NCBI GenBank assembly: GCA_028023455.1
Contig: JAQFVV010000003.1
Coordinates: 11,656,001 to 11,720,000, forward strand
DNA: 64,000 nt
Reading direction: 5' to 3'
DNA from: Epiperipatus broadwayi
Taxonomy: Eukaryota > Animalia > Onychophora
In this document: one piece after another, positions 52,900-64,000 of the stretch
How positions within the stretch are numbered: position 1 is the first letter of the stretch
How the letters are laid out: every line of letters starts with the position of its first letter
Notes under the pieces: model-generated
The model's database searches: none
Seen by the model: the letters and a program-made list of their open reading frames with translations, nothing else
Told to the model about the DNA's origin: nothing
Program-made: the position numbers and the translations under genes

Positions 52900-53200
52900 A
52901 AGGCATCTTCTATTGTTCCTAATATTTTTGGTGTTTCGTTCTAATTTTTCCACATGTTTAGAGACAAAATTCCTAAGCATACTTGTTTGCCCTCAAAATG
53001 TAGGTACTCCTTTTGAGTTCATACCATCTTTAGGTTCATTATCTTATGTATCTTTTCCTCCCAGATGCATTATATCAAATATTTCATAGACATGTGTGGT
53101 GTACCATAATGACTTTATCATTTTTAGCAATTGACATTATTTGTTTTTGAAGTACAGCATCTTTTCTTAAACTGCATTCATGAATATTCTGAGTGTAAGT
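52900..53200 (-). mobile_element. Possible RTE-like LINE 3' remnant
   Basis: Very decayed LWY..HV and G.PK.W-like motifs on the minus strand. Confidence 0.3.
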
Positions 53201-55437
53201 TAGAGATGATTCTGGTATGTAGATCTGTCTTGCTGTGCTTTTCCAGTATTGCAGAACATAAAACTAAATGTCATTTATTTAAAAGTTTAAAATTGTATTT
53301 ATAGGCTAAAATAAGTAATATACATCACTTCTAGCATTGATTCATCACTGGATTGGTAAGATATACTTAGTATTAAAATGCACTCATTGTTGGAACAATG
53401 TCAGTATGATTGTTATGTAAAAATGTAGAACTTCTTGTGATAATGCCTACATTCAACAAAACGTTTTATCAATCAGACAAATTCACAATAGTCAATTTTC
53501 ATTTAATTGGTACATTTATTTATTTATTTATTATCATAAGCTGTAAACTTTTAAAATGTATTTCTCCTATGCAATACAAAGTGTATGGCATACTGTTTGA
53601 ATATCTTAATTTGAAGATTGTAGATTTCCAAAATTGTTGCTTATTTGATCATCCTTATTGTTTAATAAATCTTATATTTTATTGTTAAATTTGTGTATAG
53701 TTTTAATATCATCTCAATCACATATGACTTATCCAGAAATCTTAACATTATATATTCAATGATACAATTATATTTTATTTTAATTATTAAGAGGACGTGC
53801 ACATAAGATCGAAGATAATAATCACTTTGTTAGAATGGTTTACAGATGTTAAGAATGCATCTAAGAAATAAAATGCATTCATTTTCTTAATCTTAAATGA
53901 TTAATTTAATCTATGTGCAATTATTAAAAGATGGCTTCTATGATAAAATTATTATCTGCTTACTCATAAGATTGTAAATGATTATCCATCATAAATTTAA
54001 TACTTAAATTATTTATCTTAAATTTATGACAAAAATTTAGTATGAGTTGTTAAGAGGATATCCTGAGTGGCAATAAAATCTCTTATCCACTCTTGGTATT
54101 CAAATGCTATCCTAATAGATTATTTTATTCTAAATTAAGTTTCTATGTATTTTAATTAAAATATTTTCTTTTAAATTTATTATTATTGTAAATTAGGTAG
54201 ACATTATCTTAGGAGTAAGAACAAGTTTCATCATATTTTCATTAGGATTCCATTCATTGTTTATTAATTCAAAAATAAAATTTTAATATTAGAAATATTT
54301 AATAAAGAACTCTGAGATCTTATTATAATCAATGATCAAAAGAAATTGTTTTTGGCAAAAGAAATTCTTTTGATAAGTAAAGTGTGACAAATAAAACCTA
54401 AGAAACATGATTAGCCTTTATCAAGAGTTTTGAATTGTGGATCAGATCATTGCAATGAAATTTTGAAAATGGTGTTTGTGAGCTGTGTTATTATATTGGA
54501 GGGGGGTATAAATAGATGAAAAACAATATATATTACAATCTAACTACTCTTTAGTATATGCTTTCAATATTTGTATTTTGTAACAGTGAGTTGAGATTTC
54601 TCCTCCTCTTAAAATGTATTAGATGTCAATTAGCATATTTAGACTGCTTAGTTATTATTATGCTTACTCCTATGACTTTTTTATTATAGCATATATCATA
54701 TATGAGAACCCTGAACTTAGCTTATGTCATTATATTGTTTGAGTCAAATAGTGTTATTTGGTAGATATGTGACTGTTTATTATTTCATCATACATTTCAT
54801 TTTTTTTGTGACCAATGAATGACCATGATTGGTTAGAATGTCGCAACTAAATATGCCACAATTGGTTAGAATGTCCCAACTGAATGGGCCTCGAGTGGTT
54901 GAAAAAACCCACCCAAATGGGTCACAATAGGCAGTATTGGTTGTATAGTAATGACAGATTTGTTATTCTGTATTTGTATTTAATTGCAAGATCAGATTCT
55001 AATGCCACAAAAAGATAACTTTTATGATTTTAATGTTTTATATTATAGCAGTTATGTTATCATTGATCAAAATTTTGAAGTGATCTTTAACAAAATGATA
55101 TGTACCCTTTAAATAATGCTAATTATCTTAATTATTTTGTTGTCAATTATCAAAGATGTTAAAGAAGATTTGTGATGATTATGATATTTAAAATGTATAT
55201 TTAAAATATTTCTTGAATATAAGGATTAAAGTTAGAATGTTTAATAAGTCTTTAAAAAAAATAGTAAGCCCTATTATTCCTTAAAATTAATTAATGCATC
55301 ATGAATTTATTGCTGTGGAGTTTTTGAATATTTTTGGTTGATGGAGGTTTGTAGTTTGGTACCTGGATATTTTATGAAAATGATTTATTAAAGTTTTTAA
55401 ATTAACATTGTGAATTTAATTGATATAATTAAAAAAT

Positions 55438-58400
55438 ATGGATAATTTAAATGAAGATTTATATGATTTGGGAGGGACCCAAGATTTATTGGCCCTAGAT
55501 ACACAAAATGTGAATCTAGATTCAAACCATGCATTGGTATCTTTTAATCCTTCAGTTTCTAACTTGGGAGGGACTCAAGAGATAACCCTTAAGAATATGT
55601 ATCATCACTTCACTTTAATGTTTCAGACTTTAAAAATTCCCAAAAAGAAATGAAAGAATCTTTTGAAAAGTCTCAAAAAAGAGATGAAAGTCTTTTGAGA
55701 GTAGATTTGGTACTCAAGAGAAATCTTTTGAAAATTCCCAAAATAGATTAGAAAATAAATTTGAAAATATTCTTGAGAAATCTCAAAAAGAAATGAAAAA
55801 ATCTTCTGAAAATTTCCAGAATAAAATAGATAAATTTGAAGATTCTCAAAAAGAGGTGAAAAAAGCTTTAGAAACAAAATTGAATTTTCTCAAAAGTATT
55901 TGGGAGGTAGAAATGTAATCATGAGAACAGCTTAAAAATCATCTTACTGAAGAAATGGAACTTAGGTTGAAAAGAGATAGAAAAGAAACTATGTCTGACC
56001 TGCATTATGAGCCTATGAAATTAAGTTGCAGGTTAGCAAAAAAGGATGGAGATGAAAAATTAGAAAATATTAATGAATGTTTAACTAAAAATCAAACTGA
56101 TTCTAATTATAAGTTAAATATTCTAGAACTAAAATTAGTGAGATAAATGAAAAATTGTCAGACCATTGAAATATGCAACAAAATGAAAAATATTGAGATA
56201 CAATCAAACAATATAATTGAGCATTTTAAGATTGAATTAGATTCAAAGTTCAGACATACAGAAGAGAAGCAGTTTAATTTAAGAATAAAGGTGGAGAAAT
56301 ATAAAGAGCGTATGCAGGCTCAATTAATTTGAACTGATAATAGCATATTTCCAAATTAGTGTCAGTCTGCAAACTGTAGAGCAAAAGTTAGTAGAATTAG
56401 TATAAGTGTCAAAAGTAGAAATAAAAAAAATAAATTTTACCTTGAAAAGAATTTTAAACAGATCCAGAAAGACTTAATTGATGTTAATCAGAAGTTAGAC
56501 AATCTGCCAGATAAGGAGATCAAGCAAAATAATAATATAGCAGAGCAAATTAAATAATATTCAAGATTTATTAAAAAGATGAAGTTAGATGATAAATTTG
56601 ATGCTGTTCATAAAAAGATTCAAGAGTTACAAGTGATAAAAGATCAGAATATTAGTTTTATAAGAGATAATCACAAGCCTATAAATGAACCAATCTTAAA
56701 GAAAAAAGAATAGTATTCCTTAGCAAATAATCCTATCAAGCAAAAAAATTGATAGTTCTCAGCACAGGATATTATCAAAACATGTTAGTTATAGAATTCA
56801 AGGCTTTAGTTATGGTTACAAAATTGTTAATAAGAATTCAATGATTTAAAATTCCTTAAAATTGAGGAATTCAAGGATAAGTATTTAGAGAATCCTTTGA
56901 ATATCTACAGAAGTTAGAAGTCATTCACTTTGTGCAATTTGACAGAAAATGAAAATTGTCATAGCTAGCAATCACTTGTATGCTGCAGCTAAAGACTGGT
57001 GGCAATTCCTGTTTGTTAAGCCCCAAATCTATAAGGTTTACAAATATACCATCTTATCAAGCTTCTGGGAAGAGGTCCAACAATATAACATTAATTATCA
57101 GGTCTCTCAAGAAAAGCATATCTTCAAGGGTCAAGTGGTTAAGTTAAAAACACTAACTGCCTACTCTTTGTCTAAATGCCTAATAGTCAGAATTCTCAGG
57201 CATAATTTGCCTAAACATGAGGATAATTACTGCACAGATATACTATTGAAGAAGTAGAAGAAATCCTTAATTCACTTGAGACAAATGAAAGAAGTCTTGT
57301 CAACAGAGTGAAAACAATTAAGGAACCCCATAACTTGGTAAATAGTTTTGAATATGTCTGTTATGCAATGCCAGCATAGCAGAAAATTTGTAAGGAACCA
57401 TATTTATAATAGATCAACTCTTTATTCTACAAAAGCTCTCATACAAGTAGGCCTAGAATCCAAATCAACTCTCTATCTTGGTATGCAAACCATATGAAAA
57501 ATTGCTGATAAGAAAAGAAGTCTGATTAATTAAACTAAATAAAACCTCAGAGAGAAGTTCATCACTGCAGGGCCTAATTCTATAATAATGAAAAATGATG
57601 TCATGTGGTTAATAAATACCATTGGTTTGAACATTGATTATTTAGAGCCATATAGAGTAACTGAGTAATCTATCTTATATAATTATCCACTTATAGTTTG
57701 TAAAGATTATAATAATACCTTATTAGACTGGATGTCAAGCATCTATTTTCTCTAAAAATACTTAAAATAAATAGTATATGTCAGACAATTCCTTCTCTGC
57801 CTATAAAAATGATACCTGTAATGCTGGCTAATGGAAAGAGGACTAAGCTATCTAACAAGCAAGGCTTCGTTAGTTTAAAAATTAATGAAACAAAGTTTGG
57901 CCATGTCTTTTTAATAATGCCAAGTTTAATTCATGAAGCCATAATTGGATCTGACTTTATGAATCAATTGTTTTGTGAATTATAAAAATGAAATATTTAA
58001 ACATCAAAAGAAAATTTGTCCTTTAGTTGTAAATTTAGATAGTCAGTCAAGACAATTAATGTGTATACAAAAGGCAAAAATTGAGTAAATATTAAACTCA
58101 AGCTAGATAGTTCATATAATGTAGGCACAATATTATGAACAATTCTTCCCATTGTTGTTCTTGTATAGGAGTGTTTTCTACAAGGTTCAGGGCATATGAA
58201 CGGATATGTTCATAGAATTAAACTAAAGGGTGATAAACCTTTCCAAGAGCAGACACATCTGGTACCTTATCAGTATCAGGCAAAAGTACAACAACCAATA
58301 GATAAGATGTTGGAGTGGTGTATTTATATAAAAATCTCTTCATCCTTTGTAAATTCTTTAGTTGTTGTAAGGAAAAAGTTTAAAATTGTAAGAGCTTGCT

Positions 58401-58444
58401 TAGTCATCCATATGTTCAATCAGTACTCCAAGACTAATAATTAA
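55438..58444 (+). mobile_element. Degenerate Gypsy gag-protease-RT 5' part
   Basis: Coiled-coil gag with QKEMK.SFEKS-like repeats (55630-55870), protease remnants (LLD..., EAIIGSDFM), RT N-terminus HRIKLKGDKPF...IDKMLEW...VVVRKK..VRACL (58196-58444); truncated, no LTR seen. Confidence 0.75.
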
Positions 58445-59213
58445 ATGAACAATAATCAAGATTAATTTACTGACTGTAAATAACTTCTAATATGATGCCA
58501 GATTTTACAATCTTAAGTCAGATCTATCTATCTATGAAGTTGAGTTTTATTTATTGAACTTTTTCTAAAACCTTAGTGCTTAACCTTAATATCCATCTCT
58601 GTATCCAAAACTAGTAGCAGCATTTGTAAAAAATATATTTTGCAATAATGTAATCCTTAAAATTAATCCATTAAAAACCTTTACAACATGAGTGAACCTG
58701 TAACCCTTACAATCAAAGTTATGTGATGCTATGAAACTCAAAAGATTAATAAAGATTATCATCATCATCTTGTGGTGGCAATAGCAGCAGCAATAATAAT
58801 AATAAAAATAACAATAATAATAGGAATAAAAAAGATAGTCTAAAGTGGCAAAATTGATTATTTTATCTGAGTGACTTATTTACAAATATCACATCGATAT
58901 TAAATATATGGAAAACAAAACAATAATTATAGTACTATTGTTTAAATTGTATGATAATCTGATTCATATATAAAAATTCTAAGTTTGATCTAGATATTAA
59001 CATTTAGTATTCACATGTGCACACACATGTATTTTTTATCATTAATTTGCCTTTAAAATATAAGCATGGTTTTCTATAACAAATACTTAAATTTTATACT
59101 TTTGAACAACTTTGTACTCACTCAGTTATATTTTTTTAAATATAAATAAATCAATAATCTTCTATAAACAAAATAACATTTGATACAATAAATAAAACTT
59201 AAGTTCTTTTTAC

Positions 59214-59267
59214 CTTGCAAATAAACTCTGTGGTATTTTCTGAAAGCACACATACATTTTAAAAGAC
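59214..59267 (-). CDS. Candidate 54-nt exon of an unidentified minus-strand gene
   Basis: Acceptor ttttatttttctAG and donor AAG|GTaaaa; length a multiple of 3; two open frames (LLKCMCAFRKYHRVYLQ or SFKMYVCFQKIPQSLFA). Confidence 0.35.
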
Positions 59268-62207
59268 CTAGAAAAATAAAATTACTTTTATTACTACTTC
59301 TTACTAAATAATTTTTGAAGTTATTTGTTCAGTTTATTTTAAATATATATATCATTTTATCAGTTAAATAATGTTGAGATATAAAGCTCGGAAGTCATTT
59401 AAGCAAATCTATTACATCTATACATGTTTACCTATCTGTAAACAATCTCATCGGAACATGCAAAAAGCTATATTGTTATGAAGGAAATTCCAGTGTTATG
59501 AATATGACATCCACTGGAAACTACTAAGCTGGAAATTTATACATATGTTTAATTTACTATCTCTATAGACTTTTAGTTAATTGTGAACTTTTGCTATAAA
59601 ATCATTTTATTAACATTCTGTCATTTAAAGTTTTAAATTAGATACATAAGCTAATTGCCAATAGTATATGATATTGTCTTTTATATTTGGCTAAATGTTT
59701 TACTTTTAAAAAAAATTAATTTATGTGGATAATTTAATAACTGAAATAGTTATTATCATTACACCAGGAATTATTTTTTTAAATTGTTATATCTTTAATT
59801 AACCAAATGAATGCAAAAAAAGAGTTCTTTTAAAGTTATCACTAGTTTAAAAGAAAATAAAATACAATCATTTTAAATTGCTTTATCTAATTATGATAAA
59901 AGATGTTATCCAAATTAATTTTCTTAATATTTTGGAAAAGACATATCCATATTACCTCAATAAGATATCTTAGCATTGCTATAATTCATTCATTCTTAAT
60001 TCATCTATTCATTTATTAGAAGTATATTTTATTGTTCTACATAAAGAAAAAGATAATTTGAATTTGTTCCATGTTTTAATATTACCAAAATATTATCACA
60101 ATTTTATTATGAAACTGTTTGTTACCTGCTTATTATTAATCTTGCCATACCTGCTCTCTGCTCCTATCCATTTAAAAATTAAAATATCGCAGACAATATT
60201 TTTCAAGAAACACCTGCTTTCAAACATTTGCTTATTCATTTGTTTTCTCCATATTAATAAAACTGTACTATATTTTTTTACAAAATGGAACAAAATGACT
60301 CATCAATTAAAGTGGGTTATTTTCATTTTAAATAATGGAAACTTTCAACCCTCAACTTAATTAAATAGGATAAAACAAGTGTAATTATATTTATTGTTTT
60401 ATGAAACTGATATGTTTATTATTGTATTATTATGATTATATTATTTATGCATTTCTAATTATTATTTTATATGTGATATATTATGAAGTATATCTGTAAT
60501 AATATATATATATGTCACCAAGGGATTTAGTAAGAATCATGTATAGGTAAAAGGTTTTTAAGTTGTAAATGACTGTGCACGGGGTAAAACAGTTTTTCTA
60601 AATTTGATATGTGTATAAATGAAATGTTTTGGAAGTCGGTGTGTGAGTTGAGATAGCTTTTAAAATTCTTAATATTTGATATTGCTTTGCAAGTATAATG
60701 TGTTGGTTTGTATATATTTTAGACCAAGTATGTGTTATTATGCATATGAGTATGTGTGCGAGTTATCACTTATATTTATTATTAAAAAGTTCATGTCTTA
60801 TCCATTTGTTAATTGATATGCTGCTTGAAGACAGGTATCAATTTCGACATTTAGGTGGATGGCTACCATACTGTCGTTAAGCCCCTCCATGAGAGAGAAT
60901 GTGGCTTACTTGCTTTGGCACTGTCTGGTCAAGTTACTGGGTGCCCATTTATCTATTTATCACCACCTATTTTACTTTTATTTTATTATATGAGAACATT
61001 TAAAGCATGACCATCTATGCGATTGTTTTTGCTAGCTCTACTAAATTTGATTTCACAGATGTTAGTTTATTGTTAGTAATAAACTCTTTTATTTTGTCCC
61101 TTATATGCATTAATAAATTTAAACCTATATAATTACTTTTACATAATATCTATCTATCTTTTGCAAAGTCATTAGAGTTAAATGCCCCCACTGATTTTTA
61201 AATGTAACTGGTTTTGTAGTTTTAATATCATCTTTAGTAGCCTGGGTATAGGTATATATATCTAATATTCTGTATTGTAATAACTAGATGGTTAGTATCT
61301 TAAATAAAAGTGGGAGAACTTTTTGAAATATAAAGAAAATGTCATAATTATAATTTTACAGCAATTTATTCAAAAGGGAATATGTTTTATTTTAAATCAG
61401 ACAAATGTTTGTCAGTGATAATTCATAATATTAAAGTCACTGCCTCTTGTAAATATATTTTATTGTATTAAGATACTATTATACTGCAATAAATAGTTTA
61501 TTATTCGTTAAATACATTTGTTTTCATTGCCATCATTACATCCATTTATTTAGAAAACCTAATTTATTAAAGTTGTATTAAATATTAATGTATATGACAG
61601 TACATTTCAAAATAAAATTAAACTTGCTTATTCACTTTATCATTTGTTTAACCCCTGCATTATTTTAAAATAAACATTATGCTGATTTATCCTTATTATA
61701 AGGTGTTTAATAATGTAGTAGATACATAAAAGTATCCCTTCTACACGTTGTATTATTTTATTTTTCATTATTTGGTACAAGATTCATACATGGGAATATT
61801 AGAATAAGATACGTCTATAGGTTGTAGGAAGATGAATGAATATTCATATGAAAATTTTTTTAAAATATTTGAAGAGTGTTTCATTGCTAGCCAAATGGTT
61901 ATCTGAAGTATTCGGATACTTAAGTATTTTATATTTTCACTTTTCGATTCATATTAGAACATAAGACTCCAAAAGTATATGAAGAAAATAAAATATTTAA
62001 CATATAAAAACTTAAATTGTTATTGCATTTAATAGTGTTCAAGGGTTTAGTACAAAAATTACTTTCTTATATGAAGTATAAAAATAAACCCTGAGATGTA
62101 GATAAAGTAAGAACCCAGTATGTGGATTTAAATTTAATAAAAACTTGAAATTTTAGTATTTGTGTTTATAATTATAAATTTTATTAAACGCTCACTATTA
62201 TTTCAGT

Positions 62208-62395
62208 AATAGTTTTAACAAGGCTGTAAACCTTAGCAATGAGCGTCTGAAAAAATCATCACTAGGGACCTCTGTAGGTCTTTAAAACACATGCTTACGC
62301 TATCGTAAGCATGTGTTTTAAAGACCTACAGAGATCCCTAGTGATGATTTTTTCAGACGCTCATTGCTAAGGTTTACAGCCTTGTTAAAACTATT
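62208..62395. mobile_element. Near-perfect hairpin MITE (180-bp core 62212-62391, probable TA TSD)
   Basis: 92-bp arms, 1 mismatch, 4-nt loop CTAT (62300-62303). Confidence 0.9.
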
Positions 62396-62558
62396 TGTGT
62401 TTATATTATATTGTATTTTGTCTATAAGAGGACTCATACTCTGTGGTGTGTAAAAATTCACAGTCATTATGATACCAGTCAGTGTGATCGCTCCTTTGAG
62501 AGTTCAAATATACAAATACAATGGTAAAACAGTATTTTTAATAAATAGACCATTGCAG

Positions 62559-62648
62559 ATCAAAGGCCTCACTAACAGCCTCTCACAAAGGAAGAGTGAA
62601 GAACAAAGCAATACTCACCAGGCTTTCCAAATGCTGGATATTAAGAAT
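62559..62648 (+). CDS. Candidate 90-nt exon of an unidentified plus-strand gene
   Basis: Acceptor ...ccattgcAG and donor AAT|GTGAGT; phase 0-0, IKGLTNSLSQRKSEEQSNTHQAFQMLDIKN. Confidence 0.3.
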
Positions 62649-63089
62649 GTGAGTGTTTTCCATCTTTGTTTTACACTACTAAGAACAACAAGATGCCCAT
62701 TTGGGTGATTAGTTGGATTGGTTTATAGAATAGCTAGCAGAGAAAAAAATCCTGAGCTTCTTGAAAAAAAAAACTCCAAGCATGTACAAAAATATTCCTA
62801 TATAATGAATCATTGAAAGACCTTTCTATTTAAAGATCATTTCAATTACCTTTCACTATACAGACACACATCTCCATATACATATGACATGAATCTCATT
62901 AACATGATATATTTTTAATTAAAAATAGCTCTAATAGTAACTTAGATCTTTGGCCAATCAAATAAACAAGCTAGTAATATAATGCTAAAAGGTTTACAAA
63001 AGTTATATATATTGTCCATTTATGAAAATATATGTATTTAGTTTGTTTCAGTTATTTTACAGGTCTCTTGATAATAAAAAAGACTTTAA

Positions 63090-64000
63090 GACTAATATAG
63101 TAATACAGGAATCACCCAATACAAGTGCTCTATAAATTTATAATGCTGAGGAATATTCTCACTCCTGAACACAAGAAGTCTTTGAAAAGATAAGAATGAA
63201 TCCACATTATCTTATATATATAAATAATAAAATATATATATATATTTAGAAATAATAAGTGAAATAATGCCTAAAGCAAACTGGGATAATGATGTAATTA
63301 GATACCAACCAGTAACCCCCTAAACATTCACAGTAAAAACAGTAATCAATATCTCTCACTGCTGTCAAGACAACCTTCACACCTTTTAATAGCAAGAAGG
63401 TGTGAAGGTTGCCTTGACAGCAGTGAGAGATATTGATTACTGTTTTTACTGTGAATGTTTAGGTGGTTACTGGTTGGTATCTAATATATATATATATAGG
63501 CCAATGAAGATGTTAATCAATCATTTTTAATTCCATTCACTATATATTAATAAATGAAGTTTGTGAAGTTATTACAATATACTGAACATTCATATAAGAT
63601 GTAATATTAAATATACATAACTAATTATTTATTTATCTAGCACAATATTTTTTTGTTAATAATACTTATATGGGAATCATCCTGACACATGCATTGTATA
63701 AATTTATTATACCTTATACTGATGTGCAGAAAACTAATAATTTTACAAATATCATTTATTAATATATAGTGAATGGAATTAAAAGTGATTAATATCTTCA
63801 CACTCTCATCACTACATGTTTAAGACAGGCCTATATATATATTTAGGTAAAAAAGATACGTTAGATTCATTCCAAAAACTCCATCTTGTGTTTAGAAATG
63901 AGGGTATTCCTCAGTATTACAAATTTATACAGCCCATGTGTTAGGGTGATTCCCATATGACTATCACAAATATAAAAAACACCATGCTAGATAAATAAAT
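63090..64000. repeat. Foldback-type repeat, same family as 4123-9459, with interleaved inverted repeats
   Basis: 63093-63210 pairs with ~63850-63965; 63525-63557 with 63752-63785 (33 bp); 63626-63706 with 63921-64000. Shares GGAATT.AAA.TGAT...CTTCACACTCTCAT with ~9276-9310. Confidence 0.7.
63297..63485. mobile_element. Near-perfect hairpin MITE (181-bp core 63301-63481, probable TA TSD)
   Basis: ~88-bp arms, 2 mismatches, ~11-nt loop; sequence unrelated to 62208-62395. Confidence 0.9.

Noticed and set aside
60818-60860. TTGAAGA...CGACA hammerhead-like string
   Set aside because: Both cores are mutated and helix II is weak.

Overview
Very AT-rich, CpG-depleted eukaryotic (probably invertebrate) genomic DNA. 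It is mostly non-coding and packed with transposon relics; I could not identify a host gene, only isolated candidate micro-exons. The only long intact ORF is ORF2 (APE endonuclease + reverse transcriptase + C-terminal zinc finger, 30668-33916) of a near full-length L1/Tx1-type LINE (~27990-34098), whose very long ORF1 is broken by a few point lesions. Decayed elements: a Gypsy element with both LTRs (4552-9146), two further Gypsy fragments, three RTE-type LINE fragments, a Penelope RT/GIY-YIG remnant, a piggyBac transposase remnant, Merlin-like and Kolobok-like non-autonomous DNA transposons, and a short tRNA-derived retroposon with a 15-bp TSD. The two most notable patterns are (1) a non-coding ~458-bp repeat family carrying a minimal type I hammerhead-ribozyme motif in three copies (solo, tandem, inverted; Penelope pLTR/retrozyme-like) and (2) a high density of long palindromes, including two unrelated near-perfect ~180-bp hairpins 900 bp apart. 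All alignments and translations were done by eye; no database searches were run, and percent identities are estimates.
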